Of a stretch of DNA of 64,000 nt, positions 46,341 through 57,535 are shown piece after piece; the first letter of the stretch is position 1, and every line of letters starts with the position of its first letter. Location of the stretch: positions 285,324,001 to 285,388,000 of the forward strand of contig OZ024743.1 in NCBI GenBank assembly GCA_964016885.1. The letters are read 5' to 3'. Origin of the DNA: Eledone cirrhosa (taxonomy: Eukaryota). Under the pieces are notes generated by a model, which was not told the DNA's origin, did not search any database, and worked only from the letters and a program-made list of their open reading frames with translations. The translations under genes and the position numbers were made by a program.

Positions 46341-48729
46341 CTGTAATATTATTCAAAATAGCAGTACAATCATCTATGCATGTCTGTATATATATAGTAA
46401 ATAGACTAACAATTTATTTTTTATTAGTTTTCATCAATAATCCTTTTAGTTTACTACAAACTAATCTTACCTTTGAACATGCTGGAAAACACTTTTTCCC
46501 TTGGAAAACAGAGGTGGAAGGAGGACCCTCAGGCCTCCCCAGTCCCAGTTTTCTTTCCCTCTTAACCCTAACACCCAACCCCAATCCTTTCCTTGGACAG
46601 CTTTACAGCATGTTCAAGTAAATATATCAGATCTTAATAACAACATAAGAGGTATTATAATAAATGCAACAGTAATATCATTGTCCTCATTTTAATGTCT
46701 GCTTTCTCTGCTGGCAAGGATTGGACAGGTCTACATAGATCAAGTCAGTACTGAAGTGGGGCTACTGATCTCCCAAATAAGCCAAGGACCTGCATCTCGC
46801 TTATGTACAGTCTCACATTCTATCAAGTGCACAGGCGGGGTTGTCATGTCTTTGACACAACTGAGGGTCTGCCCAACCCTTTGTTTGATAAGCTTTCTAT
46901 GGCTGAATGCCCTTCCTATAACCAACCACTTTACAGCATGTACTGGGTGCATTTATTGTGTAAATCACCAACACTTGAAGGCTGTCATGTTTTTGACATG
47001 ATTGAGGAAGTGTAAATTTACAAGCCAGTCCTAGCTTTCTGTTTTTGGAGGCAATCATTAATCCAAATAACAATTTCCCCAGGAATTGCAAGTTTTATTA
47101 ATAGATTTATTAGAGTGTAAACACTGTAAAGTGATGGATGCTAATCTTTCAGAGAAATGTTTCTTTTTAATTTCACTTTGAGAAGATTTATAAACCACAA
47201 AAAGGGGGCATTTTGAGTGTGTTTGTTGTCTTAAATAATAACTAATCATAGTAGGAGGGCACTATTCATACACTTTTAAAGCTCATTTAGACTAGAGGAG
47301 TGAATAAGGTTAGCTGGATGAGATGTATATGGTTAACAGTCATATTGATTTGTTTGCAAGGTTATAGCTAAAATGAAGAGGAATTACAGGAGAATTTATT
47401 GCTCAGAAAATATTGGGCAAATATTTCAGTGAGATAGTATGAATTATTAGTAGATAGAGAGAAGTGTAGGTAAATGTTCAGAGTTCTATTGATTGATGGC
47501 TTTTTATATTAAATAGATATTTTTCTCTTGAATGTGGTCTAGAATGGGGGGGGGGGGGGTGTCTTCAAACGTTTTTAGTAGCTGGATGGATTGGAAATGA
47601 TTTTATGTCTTGCAAGTAAAAGTGAATAAAAAAAAAAAAAAAATGAAACCATGATCAAACAAGGCCATGGAAATACCTTGTCTTTTAATTACTTTATTTT
47701 TCACTGATGGTAGAAAGAATAATCAAAAGAGTAGGTGTCTTAATACAATGTCATTTAATGGCACTAACACAAATGGATGTATTTTGCAAAACCCCAGTCC
47801 AGAACGTAAGTGTAATGTGCAGGGAACAAGCTGCTATTAAGGAATAGGGAGGATACATTCTTGTGAATTTATTTTCTAGTGATGTCTGTGTTTGGATGCT
47901 GTTGATTCAAAAGTTCCCAGTGCAGTACATTTTAAAGGACAATCTGCCAATTGAAACAATATTTGGTTGCAAACACAAAAACTATACATTTGTCACTTAC
48001 AGAAGAAAGTCAGGTCTGTCATGGTTTTCTAGAACTAGTGTATAGTGGACAGATTATACATTTTTCTAAAATAAATCAGTTATATCTTTATAAAATTAGA
48101 CCAAGGTCAATTTGTTCTAAAACTAGACCATTACTAAATTATTCAACCAATGGAGACACAAATGAAATATAACGAAATATTAAATTGATTAGTTATCAGC
48201 GATCTAAAAGTATGGGCTAAATGGATTCAAAGACCAAAACCTATCTGAGAAGAAAGACATGGAGGTTGAAAGAACCTTTAGCTAGCAACAAGTACAAACA
48301 AATCCAGTAAATTTATAGAAAGATACTTCCACCAATTTCAGTGGGAAATAATTTTTTCGTTTGCTACCAACTAATCTGAAGTTTTTGTAAATTTCTACAC
48401 AGATGTATATTTTTATGCTGATTATGGAGATTACAATTATTACTGGTAGCACTATTAAATGTTACAAAAGTTTAAAGACTGCATTTGTAGATCATTTCAG
48501 CCGATGAGAATCATCTATTTTCTGCAATGTTAGGGAATAACTGGCAAAACAACAAATAAATGATGATAAAATAAACAAAAATCACAAACAGCCATATTTT
48601 AATGTAAAGGATTGGTGAATGAGGAAAAGAAGGGAAAGAGACAGAGGGAGAAAGAGCAAGTGAGTGTATGCTGGTCACCAAAGACTAAGTTACTTTAAGT
48701 TTGAACATAATGGAATTAAATTCATTGTC

Positions 48730-49196
48730 AGTGCCTCCGTCTCTCACTATTATAATGAAATGGGGGCTCAAGCGCTGGTCACCCTGCAGCCCTAGCGGAC
48801 AGAATAGAGAAGGCATTTTCTCCGGAGGATGCTGAGGGAGACGCATTGGAAGAGCTATTCCAGCTTGCGAGGCTCACACATATCAGTAGCCAACTCCGTG
48901 CCAATACACCAGAAGTTTCCACTGCTACGGGCTCGACCGCAAACATGTCGGAGAGTGACCAATATTTGGAGCGTTTACCCTCCTCAGCCCAAAATGCAGT
49001 AGAGCCGGGATTAGTCACAGACTGCACCAGGTTGCCTCTGGAGAAAGTGTCGCTGCATGTGGCATCCCAGATGAGGGGTTTACCACCATGGAATGGGAAG
49101 ATGGTCATGACATCTGTCCATTTGCCGTCCCTTCGTTCCAGCCTTGCAGGTTCGAGCTGGAAGGGGAAGCCTGCAGCATCTAAGCCATGGTTTATG
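48730..49196 (-). mobile_element. CRE-like non-LTR retrotransposon remnant (restriction-like endonuclease C-terminus)
   Basis: LEPARLERRDGKWTD(=KRPD)VMTIFPFHGGKPLIWDATCSDT...AEEGKRSKY...PVAVETSGV is the typical RLE signature of CRE-clade elements. Confidence 0.75.
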
Positions 49197-49333
49197 ATCT
49201 TACCTCCGAACATGCTGCAAAAGACTTTTTTCCTTGGAAAACAGAGGGATGGGGGGGGGGGGGACTCTCGGGCCTTCCCCTTTAACCGTAATCCTAACCT
49301 CGGAGGGCTTTACAGCATGTTAAGAGGTAAGAT
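49197..49333. mobile_element. MITE-like element with ~21-bp TIRs and telomere-like TAACCC units (second copy ~46464-46625)
   Basis: Ends atcttacctccgaacatgctg ... cagcatgttaagaggtaagat. The internal tttttccttggaaaacagagg is shared by both copies. Confidence 0.65.
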
Positions 49334-51830
49334 TAGTTGGTAGTACAAGGGAAAAAAAAAAAAAAAAAAACCGGGGGAAAAATGGTAAAGAAAACTCTGG
49401 AGGGAAGAAGTCCAAGGCCACCTCCTTCCTTTTTTTCGAAGAAAAAAGGCCCTATGTTTGCAGCATAAGGAAGTAAGTTTAATTGAAAGCACACGTACAA
49501 AAACCCTAAGAAACAAGTAAAAACAATTATTTCCCACTGAAATCTGTGGGGGTGACTTTGTATAATTGTTTCTACTTCAGGCACAAGGCCAGTAATTTGA
49601 AGGGGAGGGAAAAGTCGATTAAATCGACCCCAGTGCCTTACTGGTGTTTTAGTTATCGACCCCGTAAGGGTAAAAGGCAAAGCTAACCTCGGCGGGATTT
49701 GACCTCAGAACGTAAAGGGTCGTAACTCAAATCCCCGAAGCAAGTTGTCCGACGCTCTACTGATTATAATAATACCAGAAATCCTACTAGATTAGTAAAG
49801 AAGAGGAGATAGAGACCTACAACAAAGAGGAAAATTAGAAATGTTTAAGAGACAATCTGCTGAAAACCATGAACTGAGTCTTTAGCTGGAGCAAGGTCTA
49901 ATCAAGAAAAAGTGACATGATGGTGGAATGATAGTGGTTAAAGCCCTAAGAGCAAAGAAACAGGCTTGTAAAGACAGGAAAGGTGAGGAAACAGCTATAC
50001 CAAATAAACTAGGCACCAAGTATACTTAACAAGGGAGAATGTAGAAAAGAAGTTTGCACATGTTCTACATGAGAATCAGAGCCACGAAGTGTTCCATATT
50101 GCGAGACAGTTTAAGTGAAAAATCAAGACATATAACGTAGGAAAATCTCGCAAGTTAATCACGAATCTTATAACATACCTTCTAATAAATCAATCGAATT
50201 AACTGCAAAATACTTATAACTTCTTTTCTTTCCGAATAAAAAAAAAAGAATGTCATGCGTTACAATGCTGCGAGTGTGTTAGCTTGAAACTCCAACATCC
50301 CGTGTGGTATGTCATTGAGCGTGTAGGTCTTCTTTCACTTTTTATTGTTTATATTTTAATATGATTTTTATTAAATCTTAAATGACCATGCGCCTGATGT
50401 AAATACAAAATCAATCTCATCGATGTAAATCTCCATCTAAACCGTCTCTCTGTAAAATATATCTGAAAAATATGCTAGAAATAGTAGCCAAACATTTTAT
50501 AGAACAAGTCTGTCGTAATTTTGATGTAGATAAAGAAACATTTTCTGTCGATATAAAGTCAAGATTCGCTGCAAATTGTTTTCCCTTTTTTCCCTTCTAG
50601 ATTTATATAATTTCATCAACATCTGGGACATGTTATTAAACCGGACGGGACACCTAGACAGACCACTCAAACCGGGACACAAACCAGAACGTATCGTAAA
50701 CCAAATTATTAAATGTATATTTCGCTAAACCAAAGAACATGGTTTGAACTTTTGGCTTATGATGTTTACATTGAAATACGACTAAGGTCAGATCACTTTA
50801 CCGGCATGACTTTACATTTCGAAGCAAGTTTTATTGTTTTGTTAATTTTGTTGGTTCAATTTTCCCGAAATTGAAATACCATTTTCTGAGAAATTGTCAT
50901 GAATCTTTTATCTTCCGGAATTTGGTGGTGTGGTATTAATTTATATCGCAACAATATAACTTATCCCTACCCTAATTAACCAAAAATAGCAACTACGAGT
51001 TTATACTACATTTTATAGTGAAGTGGTAATAGAAATACGGAGATTGTTTTCCGAATCTACTTTCGTTGTTTACTATATATAGATTTCTCATTCGTCTATA
51101 GACTTTGTTACTGAGGTAAAACGGTTCTTTTTGTTCACAATAAGATGTCTTAAGTGTATACATAAATATTTTTGAACTTGCAAAAGACACAAAAATAAAC
51201 AATGTTTGAAAATGTAAGGTCATGCTGGTCTGATCAGTCAAAACACGATGTAAACAAACAGGAACTTTTCGACCAGATCTTACTTTTCTGGTTTATAGAC
51301 ATATGTGTTCAAATGTTTAGTTTCATATTATGATTGAATTTGGTTTCGATTCATAGATATAAATATTTTCCATAACTTAATCGATAACGGCCTGAGAAAA
51401 GAGCACGAAAAGCGTAAAATCTATTCCTCATTCTTACGGCTGATCAATTTATCATTAGATAATTCTAATTACAGATGCCAGTAATAAACTAAGGTCGATT
51501 ACACACCTCTCCTATAAGAATTGCTTTAGGGTCTAGTCAAATGTAGCGACTGAAACAAAGAATATGTATAATCCACTGTGTATTAGGGTTAATGTGTGTA
51601 TAGTCTGTTAAATTACAAAGATTTTATGAAAATAAACCTTTATATATCAACAATAATCAACGGTAAATCTCCAATGAAATGACAAAATCAATATATATAT
51701 ATATATGGGTGTGTGTAACCTTTCATTTCGGTAATTCAAGAAAGCTAAGTTATTGTTTTTTTTTACATTCATCCTCGTTATCGAGTGTTTCATTTTTAAA
51801 TACACACTTAATCAGCACATGTACCCAACT

Positions 51831-51863
<33 letters not shown>

Positions 51864-51945
51864 ATGTAGATCCCGAGTTAAATCGGAGATAACCACAGTA
51901 AGGTACTCAATACATAGCAGGGTAAAAGTAATTTAATATAGAAAT

Positions 51946-51996
51946 GGCTTCTACAGGACTAGAACTGTTTCATTCGGAGGAAATCATCAGAAAGCC
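51946..51996 (-). ncRNA. Type I hammerhead ribozyme motif
   Basis: Minus strand GGCUUU-CUGAUGA-UUUC CUCC GAAU-GAAA-CAG UUCUAGUC CUG-UA-GAAGCC. Full core, stem I 6 bp, stem III 4 bp, stem II 3 bp with a U-U closing mismatch, GUA cleavage triplet. Confidence 0.72.
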
Positions 51997-52101
51997 CCGG
52001 GATCTACATATATCTAGCACGCCAACGTGCCCCTAATAACCATCACCAAGAAACGATGCTGACCAAACTTGACCTATATATATAGATATATATATATATA
52101 A

Positions 52102-52364
52102 ATACAATATATTAACAAATGGAAACTATATTTATAAAACCATATTTATTTTATTATACATATTTCAAGGGCCACCAAGGCAGATTATGGTGCGCTTTCA
52201 TCAGATAAAATATAATACAGATTAGTTTTATAAATAAATATTGACATACCCTGAAAAAATGCAACCTTAAGGGTTGGAGCTTCCTGGATAGTGGACCTTG
52301 AAATATGTATAATAAAATAAATATGGTTTTATAAATATAGTTTCCATTTGTTAATATATTGTAT
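52102..52364. repeat. 74-bp inverted repeat (1 mismatch) with a 115-bp spacer
   Basis: 52102-52175 is the reverse complement of 52291-52364. Confidence 0.92.
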
Positions 52365-52688
52365 ATTTACTCAAATAATTTGTTGAGTGCTTTATATCAG
52401 TTATAAAAATATTTTAGCTTGTTGTATCCCAACAAATTAAATATAACCTCTGCATATATATATATATACGCAATGTCAGAATATGAACAATGAAATAAGA
52501 GTAAGAGCGAAGATATGTTTATGCCTCACAACAACACCGGCTAATAACTAGGCATGAGATTAATGTTTGTCTAACAGAAAAAAAAAAAACCGGGTACAAA
52601 TAAATTCCTTCTAGTTTTAGTGTCGCCTAGAGGAAACGTTCTTTTTAAATGAAAAACCTAAACAACTAAAACAAACAATTCAACTAAC

Positions 52689-52790
52689 CTTTAGCGAAGC
52701 TCGAGCCACATTGGAGGTAGATAGTCTCCGAGATCCATTTATATACGAATTTTTACAACGTATAACAGCAGAAATTCTACTACACGCCAT
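52689..52790 (-). CDS. PRDX5: Peroxiredoxin-5 alternative first coding exon: mitochondrial presequence
   Basis: ATG..AAG|gttagt. MACSRISAVIRCKNSYINGSRRLSTSNVARASLK is Arg/Ser-rich with no acidic residues and joins VGDTIP in phase 0. Confidence 0.82.
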
Positions 52791-53304
52791 GTTATAAAGG
52801 GAACAAATAAAGACTAAGTTAATAAAGGGCTAAATATTCTCAATGAAAAATGCTGTTAGCTTCAGTGTTATCTTAGACGAAGCTGCGTAACATCTTCTTT
52901 GACAAGTGACCCACGAAATGACTTTCAACTAAGCAGTCAGCCTGTTTTATACTTAACTAGGACACAATCATCTAGCAGTAGTTAAGCATACTATTTTGGG
53001 TCGAAGCGCACAGGTTTTTGTTATTAGTATGATGAAATACGAATATATAAAAATTAGACTAAATTAAATTAAATTAAATCAAAAATTGTTTAAAGTTTGC
53101 TTCTTCGTGGTTGATATTGGGCTACACAACAACTGAATTGATAAAGAGTCGAATGGATAGATGTGAGTGATATAGTTATTTTTCAAGTGGCATTTACTAA
53201 AATACACATTCTTCGAAGAACTTATACATTTCTTTGGTAACATTTTAGCTATACTCACACAGACGTACATATACGAAGGTAGATAAATATATAAGTATTC
53301 TTAC

Positions 53305-53319
53305 CTTTAAGACTCCCAT
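53305..53319 (-). CDS. PRDX5: Peroxiredoxin-5 alternative first coding exon: short form MGVLK
   Basis: aataacATGGGAGTCTTAAAG|gtaaga gives MGVLK-VGDTIP. An upstream polypyrimidine/ctacag acceptor at 53343 suggests an additional 5' UTR exon. Confidence 0.75.
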
Positions 53320-54380
53320 GTTATTTTGGCGATTTGGACTGTCTGTAGAATAAAGCAGGAGAATTACCAAATTACAATGAGATATAAAAATAGAAAGTGC
53401 CCATATATGTATATCAGCCAGAGGGATTATTTTGGTTTTCTACAAGAAATCTACTACCATTAAGCCGACTAGACGCAGACTTCAGAGAGACGCATTATTA
53501 AACCGTATAGAATTACAATTTTATAGAAATTTGTATAATTACACTTTATATAATATTTTCCTGTGATAAATAAATAAATCACTAAACTTCTTTGCTGAGT
53601 ATCAGTGATGTGGAAATAATCAAAGCAGAGGAGAGGGGTATATGTCTTATAATTTGTGGCCTGTCTTATAATTTGACAGGTGAGTGTGGACTGTGTAGTA
53701 GAAAATGCAGGCTTAGTAATTTTCTGTGTCATCAGAACAAAAGTGTCAAAAACTAGACTTATCAGCTTGCCAAACTGTAAATTGAAATTATTTTATTTGG
53801 AAGAATGGGACACAAGTTCAACATTGTGGTCTTCTCTGTGTTATTCTTTGTCTAGATTATAATCTTCAAAAGTTGATTTCTTTATGAAGAGTGTACTCTA
53901 ATGAAAAAATTGAGGTTTGGCACATCGTAACTAGTTAATATTTCCCTCCCAGCATTTTTCTCACTACTTCACAACCCTGATGACTTCGTCATCAGACTCC
54001 TGTTCTCTTCCGTAAATGATATTCTCCCGTTGTCTGATTTAGACTGCATTAGTCACCTAGAACAATGAGCACAACATCCAAACTTCTGATATGAAACTAC
54101 AAGAATAAGATGACATATGAGCAAGAAGCTGTTTGATAGTTTAATACAAACAACTAGTACAGCCAAGTACAGTAGTGACACTACTATAGTCAAGCCATGC
54201 CACCGGGTTAGTAAATCTGCCAGACATCAAGGCAATATCTTCCTCCAGCACTTCTCTATATTAACATATTCACTCTGTATCTCTGTAATTCATCTCAATT
54301 TCATATTCTGCCTCATTTAAATACATGTACATCCCAAGAAAATACCCTCCTCGTTATTTAACCAGCATGTTAATGAAAGC

Positions 54381-54555
54381 CAGACCTGCCAACCTTTAAA
54401 ATCCCAAACGGGCAGTACCATAAAAAAAAGTGCTCCAAAATGGAGAGAAATGAGGTAAAATGGGGAGATTTTACATAATGAAAATAATACCCATTTTCAC
54501 AAGAGAAGACATGTCTCACCCACGCCAAAGTTGGTTGGGGAGGTTGACAGGTCTG
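54381..54555. mobile_element. Non-autonomous hAT/Tip100-like MITE
   Basis: TIRs cagacctgccaacc / ggttgacaggtctg, flanked by a 6-bp direct repeat GAAAGC on both sides. Confidence 0.7.
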
Positions 54556-55194
54556 GAAAGCATACTTGTTATTTCAAAGTTTTGTATATTTCTGTTGTGC
54601 TATTGTTTGTCACATGGTTTCATTGAATTCTATGGCAAGAAATAAATATATATGATTAACAGTTTTGTTTCCTCGTTGGTCTATACTAATACTTTGAGGA
54701 AAGCTCTTGCTGCACATCATTCTTACATCAACAACATTGATTGTGTCAAATGCGTATTGAACCAAACACAAGCATCTAACATTTCTGCTAAACATCTAAT
54801 GCTGCAACACAAACAGAAGAATGCAAAATCATCAAATATGACTAAATAGCAACACATTATGAGTTTCAATCCATATCCTTCAAAACTATAACCATGTATA
54901 TCTCAACTACATGTGCAAAAATTAGTGAAATCTGCAAACATCTTGTTGAAGCAGAAAACAACGTCTGTACGTTGTTGTTTCTTCACCAACAATGGTTTTA
55001 ATATGAGGGAATGTGACTAGTATAATGAGCTGTATATAACCCACATAATATTTGTTGAGAATAATTAAATATCAAATATAAAAATGAACATTGTTTTAAT
55101 AAGCCTTATGAATTATTGAAGCACTGGGAGTGTTTGAAATTTGAAAATGTGAGAGTCCCAAATGCAGCAAATAATTGTTATAACAGTTGATCAC

Positions 55195-55396
55195 TATAAG
55201 AGTGTCGGCTGAAAAGTTCATTGGCTGATTATGAAGGATTGATGTTAATGCTATGAAATCTTGCATCAATTAATTTCAACTCTTCTTATTAATAATTGCA
55301 TTGATTCTTTCCAAGGACTATGTTGAAAAATAAACCTCATTTGGTCATTCCATGAGAGTATCTTGGTTAGCCTATGACCTTTTTAGTCAACCCTCA

Positions 55397-55398
<2 letters not shown>
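55195..55398. mobile_element. Mariner-derived MITE
   Basis: Imperfect TIRs tataagagtgtcggctgaaaagttcattggctga / ttagcctatgacctttttagtcaaccctcata with TA ends. Confidence 0.55.
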
Positions 55399-55429
<31 letters not shown>

Positions 55430-57479
55430 GCTGTTGTTGTTGTAGTAATAGTAGTAAACAAAGTATCAATCTGCCTCTGAATATATTTCTGAAGAAAAAA
55501 GGAAGTATAGAAGTTATAGATTAAGTGTCCAACTTCTACATTCTTGTAGCAGTATCATCATCATCATTGTTTAATGTCCATTTTTCCATGCTAGCATGGG
55601 TTAGATGAGTTGTCCTGTTGTTAGATTAAGTCAGATAAGGTGACCGTGTCTTGCTCATACAGAACTGTTTCTGGTTTGGTTTCTATGGCTGGATACCTTT
55701 CCTAACGCCAACCACATTTACACTGTGGACTGGTGCTTTTTATTGTGGCACCAAAACGACCATTTTACAGTGTGGGCTAGGCGCATTTTGTTGTGACACC
55801 AACACAACCACTTTCCAGGGTGGACTAGGCGCTTTTTGCCATGACACAACCACTTTACAGTACATATAGAAACTAAATACATCTTGTCATTAAACCTGCA
55901 GTGGTTCTTGGTCCCCATATAACATTCCCACTCACTGCTCCAAGAGTGTTGGTTACCTGCAGGAGTGATCTCTGTGAGTTGGAATGGTTATTTCAATTCA
56001 CCATCCCAGATATGTGAGCAGTATTCTAATGTGTAATGTGGGTGTTACTGGAACTTTGTAGAGGACCAACATCCTGTCCAATACTAAGTACAAATGATAA
56101 ATAGTGTCTCTCTCTCACACACACACACTCACACACATAGAAGTACAGTAACACATTTAATGTGCAAGTTTCAAAGAAGTGCATCAAGGCCTTATATTCT
56201 GCCTGTCCCTATTTATCATAGTCATCTAAGTCATAACAGAGGAATTTAAGATTAGCTGTCCATGGGAACTTCTGTATGCTGATGACTTCACCTTTATAGC
56301 AGAATCTACTGAAGCATTAGAGAAGAAATTCCAGGCATGTAAGCAAAACCATAACACATACTTCCCTATTCCTTAATCTCTTGCTAAGAACCACTTCTTA
56401 TACTGTTCTTTCACTCTGTCTCCCTCTTAACACTAATATTTAAACACTCATTTTCTCCCTCATGTGTCTCTTAGCTGTCATTCACTAATTTCATTAGACT
56501 TTTCAGTTACTATCCAGCACCAGCTTTCTGTGAAGCCACAAAGCCTAATGATTAGGATGTTGGACTTACGATCATAATGTTGACGGGTCAATTCCTGGAC
56601 AGGCTGATGCATTGCGTTCTTAAGCAAAATGTTTTATTTTATGTTGGTCCAGTACACTCAGCTGAGAGTGAGTACCAGCAGTAGCTGGAGAGTTAATTGT
56701 GTGATAGACAGGCATCCCATCTAGGGAGAGTCTTGTACTCTCAATTGCTTAATGCTAAGAAAACCAGGGATAAGCACTGGCCTGATGAGCCTTTAGCTTA
56801 GAATAGGCTAGTCCTTTTCTACCATGCCACATCCCTATTGCTTAAAGCCCCTCTAACCAACAAGCAGCATGTAGCTATCATTAACCCTCTATCTTCCCTA
56901 TAATCCTATCTTCTTTCCCCCATCATATTCATATTCATATACTGTCCACATTTAACCTCTTGGTCACTGTTCCCCTTCAAATTACAATCTTGGTAACTTT
57001 TACCTTGAAAAAACAGAGATGATGTAGAGTGCAAAGGATTCTTTTGGATAAATAAGGGTAAGGCAACCTCTCTATGGTTGTCACCATGATCAATTGAATT
57101 GAGACAAGATAGAGAAGGCACTTTAGTCTTAACAATTTCTCCAGTGCTGGTACCACAATAAAATGCACCCAGTTAAGTGGTATAAAGCCATAAAGCCATG
57201 CCAGGCATAGGAACATATAAACAATATTAACATTTTCTCTATTATTATTACTAGCAGAAAAACCACCCAAAGGGTGGTTTTTTGCTAACATGTGTAGTGT
57301 GCATATTGATATTATAAGCAAGTATATATGCATGTAGATATGATACATAAAATAAAATCGTAATTGACAATATACACAGAAATTGAACAAGACTGCGTTA
57401 CACTGTCTTATGTAATCAGTAACGTAATCCATGATACATTAAAAAAGACGATATTATATATAAACTGCATTAGGAGAAA

Positions 57480-57535
57480 ATTGGCGACGGAAATATATGA
57501 ATGTTTATTTAAGCGATCGCTAACCGGAAGTGTTG
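57480..57535 (+). promoter_or_regulatory. Candidate housekeeping-type promoter with an ETS/GABP site
   Basis: ACCGGAAGTG at 57523-57532, GCGATCGC palindrome and CGGAAAT in a locally CpG-containing, repeat-free patch. Confidence 0.45.

Noticed and set aside
53977-53995. ctgatgac-ttc-gtcatcag hairpin containing CTGATGA on both strands
   Set aside because: Only an 8-bp palindrome within a probable decayed mariner C-terminus (SDDEVIR on the minus strand), with no ribozyme or snoRNA context.
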